From: Octopus vulgaris
Taxonomy: Eukaryota
Assembly (NCBI GenBank): GCA_951406725.2
Contig: OX597823.1
Span: 50,902,001 to 50,966,000 of the forward strand
Direction: 5' to 3'
DNA: 64,000 nucleotides
Part shown: positions 16,293 to 30,140 of the stretch, piece by piece
Layout: each line of letters starts with the position of its first letter
Position numbering within the stretch: the stretch's first letter is position 1
The notes under the pieces: model-generated
Told to the model about the DNA's origin: nothing
The model's database searches: none
Seen by the model: only the letters and a program-made list of their open reading frames with translations
Translations under genes and position numbers: made by a program

Positions 16293-16525
16293 AGGTAAAG
16301 TTACCTTTTCGAGTCATATAGACTTATAAAAGACGGTTTCCTGGTTTCCATGGCGTATATATTCCCCACCTGGACGAGACGTCGGTCCGTGACAGCGTTA
16401 CTCCTTTTTGCCAGCTGAGTGAAATGAAGTGTTTTTCTCAAGAACACAGCTCGTCACCCGATCCAGGTGAGTCCAGCACCCTACGATCATGAGTCCAACA
16501 CCCTAACAACTAAGGCACGCGCCTA
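16293..16525 (-). mobile_element. SINE family D (tail X)
   Basis: Homologous to 10475-10723 and 42052-42301. Confidence 0.7.
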
Positions 16526-16838
16526 CACTTAGACGTCCATTTTCTCACTTGTCATTCCATCTCCGGGACGTCCTATATCGGCGGAAGTGTGGCGAAGAGT
16601 TTGTCACCTATGCTGCAGACCATGCAAGTCTGCAACGGGACTGAGAAGTCTTTTGAGAGATTACAGATAGAAAGTTAGAAACGCCATTGATAGCGTGGAA
16701 GCACAATGAAACGACAGTCATCTGTGAAGATGAAGCAACCACCATTTATATATATAGGCAGACAGATGTATGTATGAATGTTCATATATCTGTATAAATA
16801 GGTATGTATACACACATACACACACACACACACACTCT

Positions 16839-16903
<65 letters not shown>

Positions 16904-16941
16904 ATGTATATATATATATGTATATGTATATATAATATGCG

Positions 16942-16988
<47 letters not shown>

Positions 16989-17839
16989 ATTCATTAAGTT
17001 AAAGGTGATTATCTGCTGTATATATTTATATTTCACTTCTATTGAGTATGCTTTTTTTCTTTTATTAGCCGGCATGGCCCATTTTTTTAATCATTGGCAA
17101 TGAATTGTAAAAATTTTGAATTATTAGAAATAAAGTTCTATGCTAACTGAAATCAAATATGAACTAATGATCTTAATTTTTCTCTCGCTGTTCACAGATT
17201 TCAGAATCCGATTTTTGGGCAGTTTTTACATTAATGGCTACGAGTATTATAATATCCCATACAATATATTACCTATATGTACATCGACACTGTGCACAGA
17301 GATCCATGCATATCCGCAGAGATGTATCAAGCAAATGTTCAGCATATAATTGAATATTTTCTAAAACTTTTTCACAAATTTTTGCCACATTTTGATAATA
17401 TAAACTGTACCAGCAAACTGCAATGTCTTGAATAACTGAATATCGTTTCATGGACGTCTTTCGCCTCGCTACTGAGGCCGTAATTTCAAATGAAACGGTA
17501 TCAGGTCTGAGAAACAAACTATGCATCGACGGATTATCTCCTGTGTATCTTAGAAGGTTGCAAATATACGCGCAAAATTTATTCACTAAAACTTTTCTCA
17601 TACGAAAAGCTTGAAGTATCTTGTGATGTTTTCCCTTCTCTCCCTACTTTTTAGTATTATGTTTGTAAAACGCATCATGTAAGAACATATATTAAACCTA
17701 ATTTCTGTGAAACTATCAAATGAAACATTTGTAATGTGAAAGTATATTTTTGCATTTTTATTTTCGTGTACATAAATGCATAGAACAAATCTATTTGCTA
17801 CACATCTTAAAAATTAAATTTACTTTATTTAAACAAGTA

Positions 17840-17883
<44 letters not shown>

Positions 17884-19962
17884 CTGACACATTTTCAAAC
17901 CTTTCTCAGTGTCTTTCCTCCATCCATCCATCCGTTCGTCCACCCGTTTGTCCGTCCGTCCCCTCCGTCTGTTCGTCCGTCTCTCCGTTCTTGTGTGTGT
18001 GTGTGTGTGTGCATTAAATACCAAGTAGTCAGAATGGGAACATTTTAGAGCGATAATATAATATTATATAAGTCCAAATAACATTTGAAAATAATATTGA
18101 GTTGCTGAAATAATCACATATATATTTTCCTTCTTCTGAGATATATACGCGTCCATATCCCCTAAGGATTCGCAAAAGTTTTAATCTTTATGTTCATCCT
18201 AGTTTTGAAACTGTTAATACACTCACATCTGTGCTTGCATACGTAGACATACAAATATAATACACAAATGTGCGTTATATTGGACTTGTGAATGACGAAT
18301 ATAATTCTTCTAAACGCGAGACATGAAAATGCTCTAATTTTTCTAACTCAATGAAAGAACATTAAGTGGCACAACAACTGTTCATGTGATAAACATGGAA
18401 TTGAGTTAAAGAACTCAAATCAGAAAATATTACACAAACAATTATGCATGTTATACGTTATCCAATCTGGACGTTGCAACATCAGTCGATTTTAAGAGAA
18501 GAAACTTTATAGTTGCAGTCTTTTGGCTTAGAAGGCACACCCGGCCATTTGGGGCCGCTATATCATACAAGACGAAAGCATAAAACAAATCGAACGAATT
18601 TGATTGTGGACTTGTAATCCTCTTTTCTAAGGCAGAAATAAATATATATTCTGTTATCCGTTTTTTTCTTTCTACTGATTTTTTTTCTTCTTTGCTATTC
18701 ATAGGTACAATTTTACATTTGTGTGTATAGAGAATAGCTTTTCTTTCAAGCATATACTTTTCAAATCATGATTTGTATCCCATTTTTCTCTCTCCTTCAC
18801 TATATTTTTTTTATTAGGTATCTTTCATATTTCTTTCGTATAGTGTTTTATATTTCGTTTGGAGCAATAAAGTCGCGAGGTCAATCAACGTTTCGAGACC
18901 GTCTTCTGGATCAAGTAGTTATGAGTGGCATTTATTATTGCCGTTTTATTATGGGAAAGAATAATGTGAATTATTGGGTGTTAAAAGCGGTGTCGTTATC
19001 GGTGGATTTGAATATTTTTGACTGCCGATGTTAGATTTCTTTCTGCAATCAGGAACTATTCTTTACTGATCTTTTTCTTTCTTTTTTTTGCAAGGGTGCA
19101 TTATATGTGTGTCAAGTTTTGTCTTTTGCTATTATTATAGCTTCCATGACTAATCTAATTTACTGAGGAATTCTATATAAGATGGTCGTATTGTCAACTC
19201 TTGTTTTTCTCTCTAGCCTGCAAATTTGAATAATTTCATATGCCATAGAGAGGCGAAGTATTTGTGTTGCAAGCAAAGCCATTTATCGGAGAGAACATTC
19301 TTTCAGCATTTATGATAGCAGATAATCTATAGGTTTGAAGAATGTACAGAAGTGGAGAGAGATAAGCGGCAAGGCTAAAGAAAAGGATGGAGCAATCAAG
19401 CGAAAACTTGTTGAGAGAAGACTGATTTTTTTTTTATCTCCAAGAAGGACTTCCTCGAAATATCAGTTTTCTCATCTCCCTTTCACTTTCAAACTTATAA
19501 AAAAAAAATGACTGTAACCTTTACTTTGCCATGAAGACCACTGTTAGTTTCTCTATCCAGTTTTTATCGTGTTGTATATGACACTATAGCGTATTGGTTC
19601 TTTATTGTAAAGGCATATCCAAACGTCTAAAAGTACAAGAGTCGTACATGAACGTCTAAAGTAATACATAAGAAGTTATGTTTAAGACATTTGTGTTCGC
19701 CTACGCATTTATCATCCGAAGTCATCCGAAGTGAATTTAATTGGTCTGCGAGCTTTTGAATTTTTCTTAATGAAGACATATCCATTTTAATGTGTTTTGC
19801 TTATAAATTAATAATGATTGGAGTATAATGTACGTTACGTTTTGTTTGATAAGTTCTCAGATAATGTGTTCATTTATTGTGTAGCCAAAGCGCATTTGAG
19901 GATCGATTCGTTGGTTATTACGAAACATTGGCATTGCGTTTGTTGAATTTACTGTCTTGAAT

Positions 19963-20465
<503 letters not shown>

Positions 20466-21301
20466 GATATATTACTGTAAAATCTACAAATGACAAATTC
20501 GCAATAAAATTTGCTTGAGTAATTGCCAAATCTTCACATTTTTAGTCTTGTCCCAATGCTTATTTTTTACATAATGAATTTGCCTACCATATATACTATT
20601 CTACTTTGCATAAAACTTTAGCTATATTGGTACTTCTGACTCAGTTTTCAAGTATTTTAAAATAGAGACTGGTTTTCATGTGTTCATTACATATAATGAT
20701 CATTGATGATGAGCGTTAAAAATGGTTAACAGATGTAATATTGATGGAAAATATATATAATATATTATAATATGATATGATATACTAATTAAATGATGTA
20801 AACGGATGTTAAGTTTTCTATACGTAGTAATGTATTGGTATTTCACTATAAATTCAATTAAGCACGTTTCTCATAAATATATCGTTGAAATTCTTATAAT
20901 AATTTATGAAACTAAATTTGAAATACAACATATTATCTTAATAGTAATTACAACATTAGTGTACTTAGTTTTAAAATCAATTATCTATAAATAGTATCTG
21001 GCAATGTCGAGGTTTTGATTTTGCTTACAAAGTTTATATTGACTAGATTGGTGACGCAACACTATTACATGATAATTAACTAGCAGTTTTGATACCTCAT
21101 AATTTTTTTTTGTCTTCAGTATTTTTAACAAACGCTTCATGAATACAGTTCTATATTTGAGACATGAGGAATTATGTACAATTTTTACATTTGACAGATA
21201 TTTGTACTCATCTTGTTTGTTGTTAACACAACATATCGGCTGATGTACTCTCCAGCCTTTATCAAGTTTATTTTTGTTGTTGTTGTTGTTGTTTGTTGTT
21301 G

Positions 21302-21335
<34 letters not shown>

Positions 21336-21499
21336 GGACACTGCCTATCGAACTCTGAATCTTGAGAGTAGTAGCCCGCGCTCTTAATCACTACGCCATA
21401 TGCCCGTGGGCAATTATGAAGTGAATTTTGGGGCTTATAAATCTAATATTTTCCTATTCTTCCTTAATACCGGTTCCCATATGCTACTCATATGTGCAC

Positions 21500-21802
21500 T
21501 AGGTCTGCTTAGGAGGTTATTATGTCCTTGGATAGGTGCTGCCTCTTTTAGTTTTCGTATTCACTGTCTATTATTTTAAATTCATCTCACAGGGGGAGGT
21601 AGTCTCCGTTTTTCCATACATGATCAGCTAAACTCGATTTATCAATATCTCCTCGTGTCACAGCTTTGCAATATTCATCTACTCTTATTTTGAGGGGACA
21701 GCGTGTTTCGTCTTGGTATAACCTACCACAGCTTGAAGGGATGGAGTACAGGCAGTCTTTGGTCATATTTTCGGTAGTTTTAATCGAAGGAGATATTTGC
21801 AA
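21500..21802 (-). pseudogene. PLE GIY-YIG endonuclease fragment
   Basis: KDCLYSIPSSCGRLYQDETRCPLKIRVDEY...KSSLADHVW. Confidence 0.75.
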
Positions 21803-22018
21803 AGTGTTGTATTACTCTTGAATACTGTCCTGATGTCAAATGGGCCGCATATCTTTTGTATCTTTTCAGAGAGGCCTTTTACATAGACTGTGGTCAGTTT
21901 ATGGGTTTCATCTTCTCTTCTTTTCCTAATTGGAGTGGATAGTATGTTTTTGGGGCGGTTGTTGTTTAATAGATTGTTACTTAGCTTGATCATTTCTTCG
22001 TGGTGTATATCAGGATCG

Positions 22019-22900
22019 CTACTTATATCCTTTGCTTGATGTTTTAGGCACTGAGCAATCCCTCTCTTTACACTGTATGGACGGTGGGAATTGAAGTTGA
22101 GGTATCGTCCGGTGAAGGTTCGCTTGCGCTATACGGATGTCCTGGATCCCTACTTGGTGCGTGTTATTAATACGTCCAGGAATGCTCGCTAATTGTCTTT
22201 TTCCTTTTCTATTGTGAACTGTATGGATGGCTTTATTTGAGTTCACACGATCTAACAGTACTTCGACACCTTTCTGGTGGGGCCAGAATATAAAAGTGTC
22301 ATCAACATATCGCAGCCATAGGGTTAGTTTTAGTGGTGTTGATCCTAAAACCAAATTCTCAAAGTAATCCATGTAAATATTGGCTATTATCGGTGATAAG
22401 GGCGAACCCATAGCTAAACCCTCTTCATGTCGATATATACCAGTGTCCATTCTGAAGTAGGTAGTTTCTACACAAAAGGTCAACCTTTCCATCAAGTTTC
22501 CTGTTGGTGTACTAGTGCATTTTTTTTTATAGGTGACTATTACCAGTTTTTCTTGAATCACTGATAGTGCTTCATCAGTTGGGACTTTTCTGAACAATCT
22601 TAACAGATCTTGACTCACCATATGGTTGGATCCAGTGGGGGTATCCTTCATCAGTTCTGTGAAGTGGATGGAATTCTTCACGTACAATGTTGACTTTCCT
22701 GCTAATGGACTGATTACATCCACAAAGAAGCGGCTCAGTGAATGACATGCTAAACCTCCACAGCTCACAAAAGGTCTTAATGGAATACCGTCCTTGTGAA
22801 TCTTAGGGATACCATACATGTGTGGTAGCTTACTGTAGTGTTGAGTCAGTTGTCTGTACTTCATTGGTGTAAAGTGATCCTTGTTCTTGATCAAGATCTG
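22019..22900 (-). pseudogene. PLE reverse transcriptase fragment
   Basis: ORF 22019-22957 with YVDD catalytic motif; frameshifted downstream. Confidence 0.9.
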
Positions 22901-22953
22901 TGACAACTTCCTCTCTGTTAGGAATGAGAACCCAGGTTCGAAATTCCCCCAGG

Positions 22954-22997
22954 ACACCTGATGAAGGCTGGAGTGTACATCATACGAAACGTTCTGT
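22954..22997 (+). ncRNA. Hammerhead motif in PLE pseudo-LTR (degenerate)
   Basis: ACAC-CTGATGA-AGGCTG...CATAC-GAAAC-GTT-CTGT; the sister copy at 21226-21268 (-) retains CAGCC and GTGT. Confidence 0.7.
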
Positions 22998-23533
22998 TAA
23001 CAACAAGCAAGATGAGGACAAAGATCAGTCAAATGTAAATAATGTAAATAATGTACTTGATGAACGTTATCACCTTCTCCCTCACTCTCTCTGTCTTAAC
23101 ATCTTTCTCTCTCATTCGCTTTTATCTCTCTCTCCCTCCCTATAACATCTATTTCGCCCTAACTACCACATCACCACCAATAAAAACTATCATTTATTAC
23201 ATATGCACGCGCACTAATATATCAAACGTATTTGTTTATACGCATATGTATGAAAATAAGGTTTCTTTTTAAACAACGCACACATTAACAAACGCACACA
23301 CGTGAGTCTGTCGTAGGTCAACTACCACGTTGAAATGTAACTCCCTTTTAGGAATTCTTCCCTGGTGAAATACTCAGTTAGCCAGTTTCAACATGAAAAT
23401 TTAAATTAACTTGATTTCATTTCTATAATTGAGCCAATTGGATATAGAAACGGCTGTAGGATAGGAATTTCATTATATGGTTTTTAATATCTTTGAATAG
23501 ACGGATGTTTGCATGTCAATTTCTTAATTTTTT

Positions 23534-23582
<49 letters not shown>

Positions 23583-23859
23583 TCACACACACTCATACAC
23601 ACACATATAGGAATAAAGCGATGGTGCACAGTATAGTGTACTGGAAATAATGATGTTAGTCCGAAGAAATGAAGGAAGTCTTCCTACAATATTTAAATTT
23701 CCACTCATGCCCCCTACACACATCGAACGAAGTACCCCATACTGAATGTCAAGACGAATACGTAAAGTAGTGATCAATCCAGGACTACGACAAATACGTC
23801 TGAATGAACTGAATCTTTCAAAAGCAAACCATCCGTGAAAACTCATAATCGCAGTAACG

Positions 23860-24310
23860 ATTCTACCAACTCGCTGCGTTAATTTCCAAGGCCAGCAATT
23901 TCAAGGAAGGGTCTATATCGATTTAATCGACTCCCATTACTCAACTGGTACTTATATTATTGACCACGAAATGATGAAAGGCAAAGTCGAATTCGGTGGA
24001 AATTGAACTCAGAAGGTAAAGACAGATGAGATGCCTCTAAACATTTCGCCCGGCGTGCTGACGATTCCGCCAACTCGCGGCCTTGAAATACTGTAAAAAT
24101 AGTGGTTTCAGATTTTGGTGCAAGGCTAGCAATTATGGTGGAGAGTGCAAGTCGATTACATCGACCTCAATTTTCAACTGGTACTTATTTTATTTATTCT
24201 GAAAGGATGAAAGGCAAAGTCGACCTCGGAGGAATTTGAAATCTTAACATAAAGACGTATGAAACGCCATTAAGCTCGTCGTGCTAACAATTCTGCTAGC
24301 TCACCGCCTT
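23860..24310 (-). mobile_element. SINE family A, tandem copies
   Basis: Two GAAAGGCAAAGTCGA...GCCTT units. Confidence 0.8.
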
Positions 24311-25194
24311 AAATTGCATTATTATATTGCTTTATGAATTCTAATATCTCTGCAGTTGTCGATAGCTTGCGATTGTATAAACTGCAACTTTTCATTGAAT
24401 AGCCTCTTACTTACTAGTAGTATGCTGTTAACATTGATAGATTACATTCATTCACCGATAAATTTTGTGAGTATGCGTATATTGTACTTAATGTTAATCC
24501 ATCAGCTTCTGATGCAGTATTGCAATTCCTTTACGCAAAGCATTAGACATGTATCATTACGAGATTTCTCTTCAACTATTGATGGTTGTCTGTGCGATAC
24601 AAGATTTCAAAGTCTGGAGTCTCATACTTATATTCAGTTGATTATGTACACTTGTGAATATATATATTGTTTCCAGATTATTCAGATGTTTATTACTGTT
24701 CTTATTATATATCCTTCGTCTGGGAAGCTTTCGTCACACATCCTGTTAGCTCTTCAGCGACTCTCTCTCTCTCTTGATGACATATCTCCTGTTCTATTTA
24801 GAATGGAGTAAATAGAACAAGGGGAGACACGTAGGATGGAGTGTCGCTGAAGAGGTCACAGGATTTCTGACGAAAGATTTCTAGACAAAGGACATAAAAT
24901 AAGAATAATAATAAATCTGAAGTGGAGGACAAATATATAATGCGTGTGTTTATTAGGCAAGAAGAAAAAAATGGCCATCCCGAAACATAACAACATATAT
25001 ATATAAGGGAGGAAACACAACAACGCGAGGACGTGGAACAAGTATAGTGTTATCGGACGCTCAGGAAAGATTTAAGGAAGGGAAAACGGAGAGCAAAAAA
25101 TCACCAACGATACACACGCGGTCACATATTGAATGACCGGAAGGGAATGGGTGAAGAAAAAGTTCTTTCAAAGACAGGAGAGTGCAAGAGAAGG

Positions 25195-25270
<76 letters not shown>

Positions 25271-25403
25271 AGAAACAAGAATGAATCCGGTAATATATAT
25301 ATATGGGAGGGGGTCAGTTGGTTATAAGTTCGAAAAAACACACTCCAATAATTATTTTTGAGCAGTATCATTTAATGTAGTCTTTGGTTAAGGCCACTCA
25401 GAA

Positions 25404-25463
25404 AGTTAACATTCGTTTTACGTCTATTATCGCTGATAGCAATATAGCCGAGTCATCAGAAAT
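25404..25463 (-). ncRNA. Degenerate hammerhead-like motif
   Basis: ATTT-CTGATGA-CTCGGCTATATTGCT...AGCGATAATAGACGT-AAAAC-GAAT-GTT-AAC; G12 replaced by A. Confidence 0.4.
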
Positions 25464-25874
25464 GCTGGTCTGAAGCATGTAGCTTCCTTTCTAATGGAGG
25501 GGAGAATAATTGACATAACGTAAGGGATTCATTCAGTTGTACGTTTTCTGTTAAAAAGATTTTAGTGAACGCTCCTAAACATCTCACAAAGGCATGATGC
25601 TCACGTAGGATTAACAGCAAATGCGCAGTAGGCGGTCGATGCCTCTACGAGGCAGAGGGTGTCCGCCAGTAGCAGTAGAAACGGATGCAATAGCAGCAGC
25701 AGCAACAACGACAACAACAGCAACCTCAGCATCAATAGTGTAAGGATTTATGCATAGAAATATTCTGGAGCAACGACTAAGTAACCACTTGTTCTGTTTA
25801 AGGATCTCAGAGAGGGGCATCGATATATTTTAGGCCAACTATATGTGACGTTTAAAAGAAGAAAGCAACGTCAT

Positions 25875-26240
25875 AGGCGCAGGAGTGGCTGTGTGGTAAG
25901 TAGCGTGCTAACCAACCACATGGTTCCGGGTTCAGTCCCACTGCGTGGCATCTTGGGCAAATGTCTTCTGCTATAGCCCCGGGCTGACCAATGCCTTATG
26001 AGTGGATTTGGTAGACGGAAACTGAAAGAAGCCTGTCGTATATACATATATATGTATGTGTGTGTTTGTGTGTCAGTGCTTGTCCCCCTAGCATTGCTTG
26101 ACAACCGATGCTGGTGTGTTTACGTCCCCGTCACTTAGCGGTTCGGCAAAAAATAAGTCCCGGGGTCGATTTGCTCGACTAAAAGCGGTGCTCCAGCATG
26201 GCCGCAGTCAAATGACTGAAACAAGTAAAAGAGTAAAAAA
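25875..26240 (+). mobile_element. SINE family B
   Basis: High similarity to 20061-20465. Confidence 0.9.
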
Positions 26241-26741
26241 GAGAGAGAGTCATACAGGATTAAATGAAAGCATCTGGAATAACCTGAACCATATGTCAAC
26301 GGGAGCTGACAATGCAAATTTTATTTGACCGGGAAGGCAAGAATCCAAAAAGTTTATTGAACCGGGGGCCTTCTTGAATTCCAAAAGTCGGGATTCTCAT
26401 GGGAGAAAATTCATGTTAGAGACACGGAATATTTCGCTTGCTGATTATTGAACGGAAATCGTAAATAAATTGACCCTTTACAGAAAAGACTGAAATCGGT
26501 GAATTAGAGATAACTACATCTCGCTCAGAAGGGGATTTTGCTTCGAAAACTTTCGTTTCAGGGAGTTTTGTCTCACAACTTTGCTAACCAAGACATCCAT
26601 TAGTAAAGCCGTTATGCGCTTCCGACCAGTAAGTCCTTTGAGTTGCTTATATTGTCAAGAATAATAATAGACATGAAGCAAATGATAACTTTCTGACCAG
26701 TCATAACCAAAGACTATATAATATACAAACACATGCGCACG

Positions 26742-26804
<63 letters not shown>

Positions 26805-27036
26805 ACAACACGGATTAAGATAGCGAAAACCACATGTTTAATTGTCGAATTTACTCTACAAAGCCGACGAGCGTTTCTGTTGTATCAACATATTTAGATA
26901 CAGAAAACATCATTCAAATTAATATATAAGAAAACACGTCAACAACGTTTTGAAGGTAATCCAAAATTACTTAAATTCAAAGTGAACTAAAAAAAAAAAT
27001 GTCTCCCGTACACGAACGCATACAGAAAGAACGTGT

Positions 27037-27077
<41 letters not shown>

Positions 27078-27944
27078 TGTGTGTGCGTGTGTGTGTATGT
27101 GTGTGTGTGTGTGTGTGTGTAAGTGTGTGTTCCTTTGCGCCCTTGAATGTGTTTGTCTGAGTGTGTGTTTATGAATTTATGTGCGTATGTACGTAAATAA
27201 ATGTTTATACGCCCAACAGCTTTTCTTTTAGTCAAGTTATATTGGAAATACCACTGGTGTAACATGAAATAATATAGGCATAGGCGTGGTTGTGTGGTAA
27301 GAAGTTTGTTTCTCAACCATATGACTGCGCGTTCAGTCTCACTACATGCAAAATACATACAATCAATAGTTCATAGACTGAATCAGAGTTTCTTGCGAAA
27401 ACCAAGTTGTAATTACCACTACATTCGTCCATTCATCGGAGTCGTCGTGTATCACTCAATGAGCGCAAGGCTGCTAGCGGATGTTAATAGGTATGGTGCT
27501 TCTGTTTACAAGAAACACCTTACACAATTTACCCACATGGATATACAAAAGTATGTAATTTACTGAACAAGATTCCACGTGAATATATATATATATTTAT
27601 GTGTGTGTATATTTATCTATCTATACATACATACATATACATACTCATATATACAAGCGGAGGAATTTCAACTGTGTTTCGTGGTCTGCTATCACAACAG
27701 TTCCTTTATAGGATCCAATTAGACACCATCAGGAGGAACCACGTCCGGTTTCGGCCCCTACTCCGCTACCGTTTTGACGTGGCACCCCCATCCTTTCGGA
27801 GGTGTCTTCAACTTTGGTGTTGGGTGCATGTCTTCTTTCTTCTTCTTTCTTCTGTTCCCTGGCCTCTTCGATGTAGCGTCAACGAGTGTCAAACACATAC
27901 TCATATATATATATATAAACTTAGATATGTTTCGACCAATGATT

Positions 27945-28290
27945 GGTCCATGCCATGTCTAACTTAATAGCACCACCTGATAGGATTATTTGAATCCTGT
28001 TTAAGTCAAGTTCTGTTTATGGTCCATTCAAGTAGTGAGTTTTTGTTGGGTGAGTTGTATCCAATTATGGGTGGCTTATCTGGTATTCCTTGAAGGAATC
28101 TATCCAGACTCCGTTTAAAGTTGATGGGATCCTGTTCCTCTTTGATCTCTTTCGGGACAATGTTAAATAGGACAGGGCCTGTTGAGGAAAAGAAATTATG
28201 TTGTAGTGTACATGTATGCTGTGATCTTGAATTGGGCAGGGGACGTATGGCCCGTGGTCCCAGTCTTGGATGAACCTTGAAGCTAATGTT
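27945..28290 (-). mobile_element. 3' end of a CR1/L2-like LINE
   Basis: FFSSTGPVLFNIVPKEIK...FKRSLDRFLQGIPDKP, typical CR1-group ORF2 C-terminus. Confidence 0.7.
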
Positions 28291-28409
28291 CATGTTCATA
28301 TATATATATATATATATATATATGTGGGTGTGTGTGTATGGATACACAGACGTATATCCGCACATATTACTAAGCTTAAAATACAATTCCACATATACAT
28401 ATTTATATA

Positions 28410-29159
28410 CATATACGCATGTGTATGTATGAATACATATGTATGCATACATACATTCTTACATAAACGCACCAGCCCTTCATAAAACATTTCTATATTT
28501 CTTTCCGTGTTTCAATTCAATATTGTGTCACTTCTTAAAAATCTTGCTAGCGGTTTTTCTAGGTATATCTGGATGTCGCCATTATATACACAAATAACAT
28601 TCACACACATATACACATACGCACAAACACACTCACATGCACTAACAGAAATACATATTATATACCTGTATTCGCGAACTATTTTTTCTGGTACATATAC
28701 CCATAAAAACAGATGCCGTAGAAATGTATACATATTTTAATGTACCTATAAGTATATAGTACACTCTGTCTGTGTGCGTGTTTGTTTGTGTATGTCCATG
28801 TCCGTGTGTGTATATATGCATGTATGCTTGTGTGTATGTGTGTGTATGTGTGCGCACATGATGGATATGTATGGGCATTACCTCTTTCCACTGTAAGAAC
28901 CTAAACCTAATACTGTTATAATACAATATAAAAATGTGAGTCTACATACTATCCTTTATGAGCAATGGAAGCTTAAGTTTGTAAAAACTGCATCCTTATC
29001 GTTGAGAATAACAGTTTTTTTTTAAGGACAAACACTAGTAATACAATAATTGGAGACAGCCACTCGGTATTATTTGATTAAAACTAACTAAATATATAGT
29101 ACGGCACATAAATACTTTAGTTGCTTCATGAAGAACAAGACGCATGCTGGTGACCGATA

Positions 29160-29231
<72 letters not shown>

Positions 29232-29784
29232 AAAATAAGGAACAAGAATGAATCCGGTAATTTAGATATATAATCGCTAAAAAGCTGCGTGTTATGAGAA
29301 CTAGCTACTATTCTCTATCAAAGCCCATCCCCACCAGTATTTCAATCATGTAATACAACCGCCACCGCCATTGTCACTACATCTATTACTATCTGCGTTG
29401 TCTATCCACCTTCGTTCAATTTTCACCTCACCTCACATCACATCAACTCACTACTCGATACTATTACACAGAGAAGCGAAGACATGTCCGTGACTGTCCA
29501 CTGGACATCACAGCTCTGTTATGGATGAGTCACAGGGACAGTGTAGCGGCTATTAAGTTATTCAACGACAATAAACGTATGGCACGTTATTATGATATCT
29601 AAACCAATAAGATGGCGACATCCAGATATACCTAGAAAAACCGCTGGCAAGATTTTTAAGAAGTGACACAATATTGAATTGAAACACGGAAAGAAGTATA
29701 GAAATGTTTTTAAGAGGAGCTGGTGCGTTTATGTAAGAATGTATGTATGCATACATATATATTCATACATGCACATGCATATGT
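28410..29784. repeat. ~170-bp inverted repeat pair (28410-28582 / 29612-29784)
   Basis: TTCAATTCAATATTGTGTCACTTCTTAAAAATCTTGC...GATGTCGCCAT matches the reverse complement starting at 29612; both translate to FQFNIVSLLKNLASGFSRYIWMSP. Confidence 0.9.
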
Positions 29785-29922
29785 GTGTATTTATATATAT
29801 ATACACATATATACATATATACATGCATACATATATACATACATACACGTATACATGCTCAAACATATATGTATATTTGTGTATGTGTATACATGTGTAT
29901 ATGCATATATATATATAATATA

Positions 29923-29969
<47 letters not shown>

Positions 29970-30074
29970 GATTATATATACGTATACATGTATATATGTC
30001 TATCTGTCTTTTTCTTTCTTTCTCTCTGTCTCTGTCTGTCTCTGTCTGTCTCTCTCTCTATATATATATATGCT

Positions 30075-30140
<66 letters not shown>

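Larger units (their letters stand above)
21145..23056 (-). mobile_element. Penelope-like retroelement (RT + GIY-YIG), decayed, with inverted pseudo-LTR at its 5' end
   Basis: RT motifs YGIPKIHK-PLRP, GLAMGSPLSP, WLRYVDDTF; GIY-YIG-like CLYSIPSSCGRLYQDET...SLADHVW; 21175-21266 is the inverted homolog of 22955-23056. Confidence 0.9.

Noticed and set aside
27915-27960. GACCAAT/ATTGGTC hairpin followed by GAAACATATCTA on the minus strand
   Set aside because: No CUGANGA upstream (replaced by a LINE tail); at best a half-site
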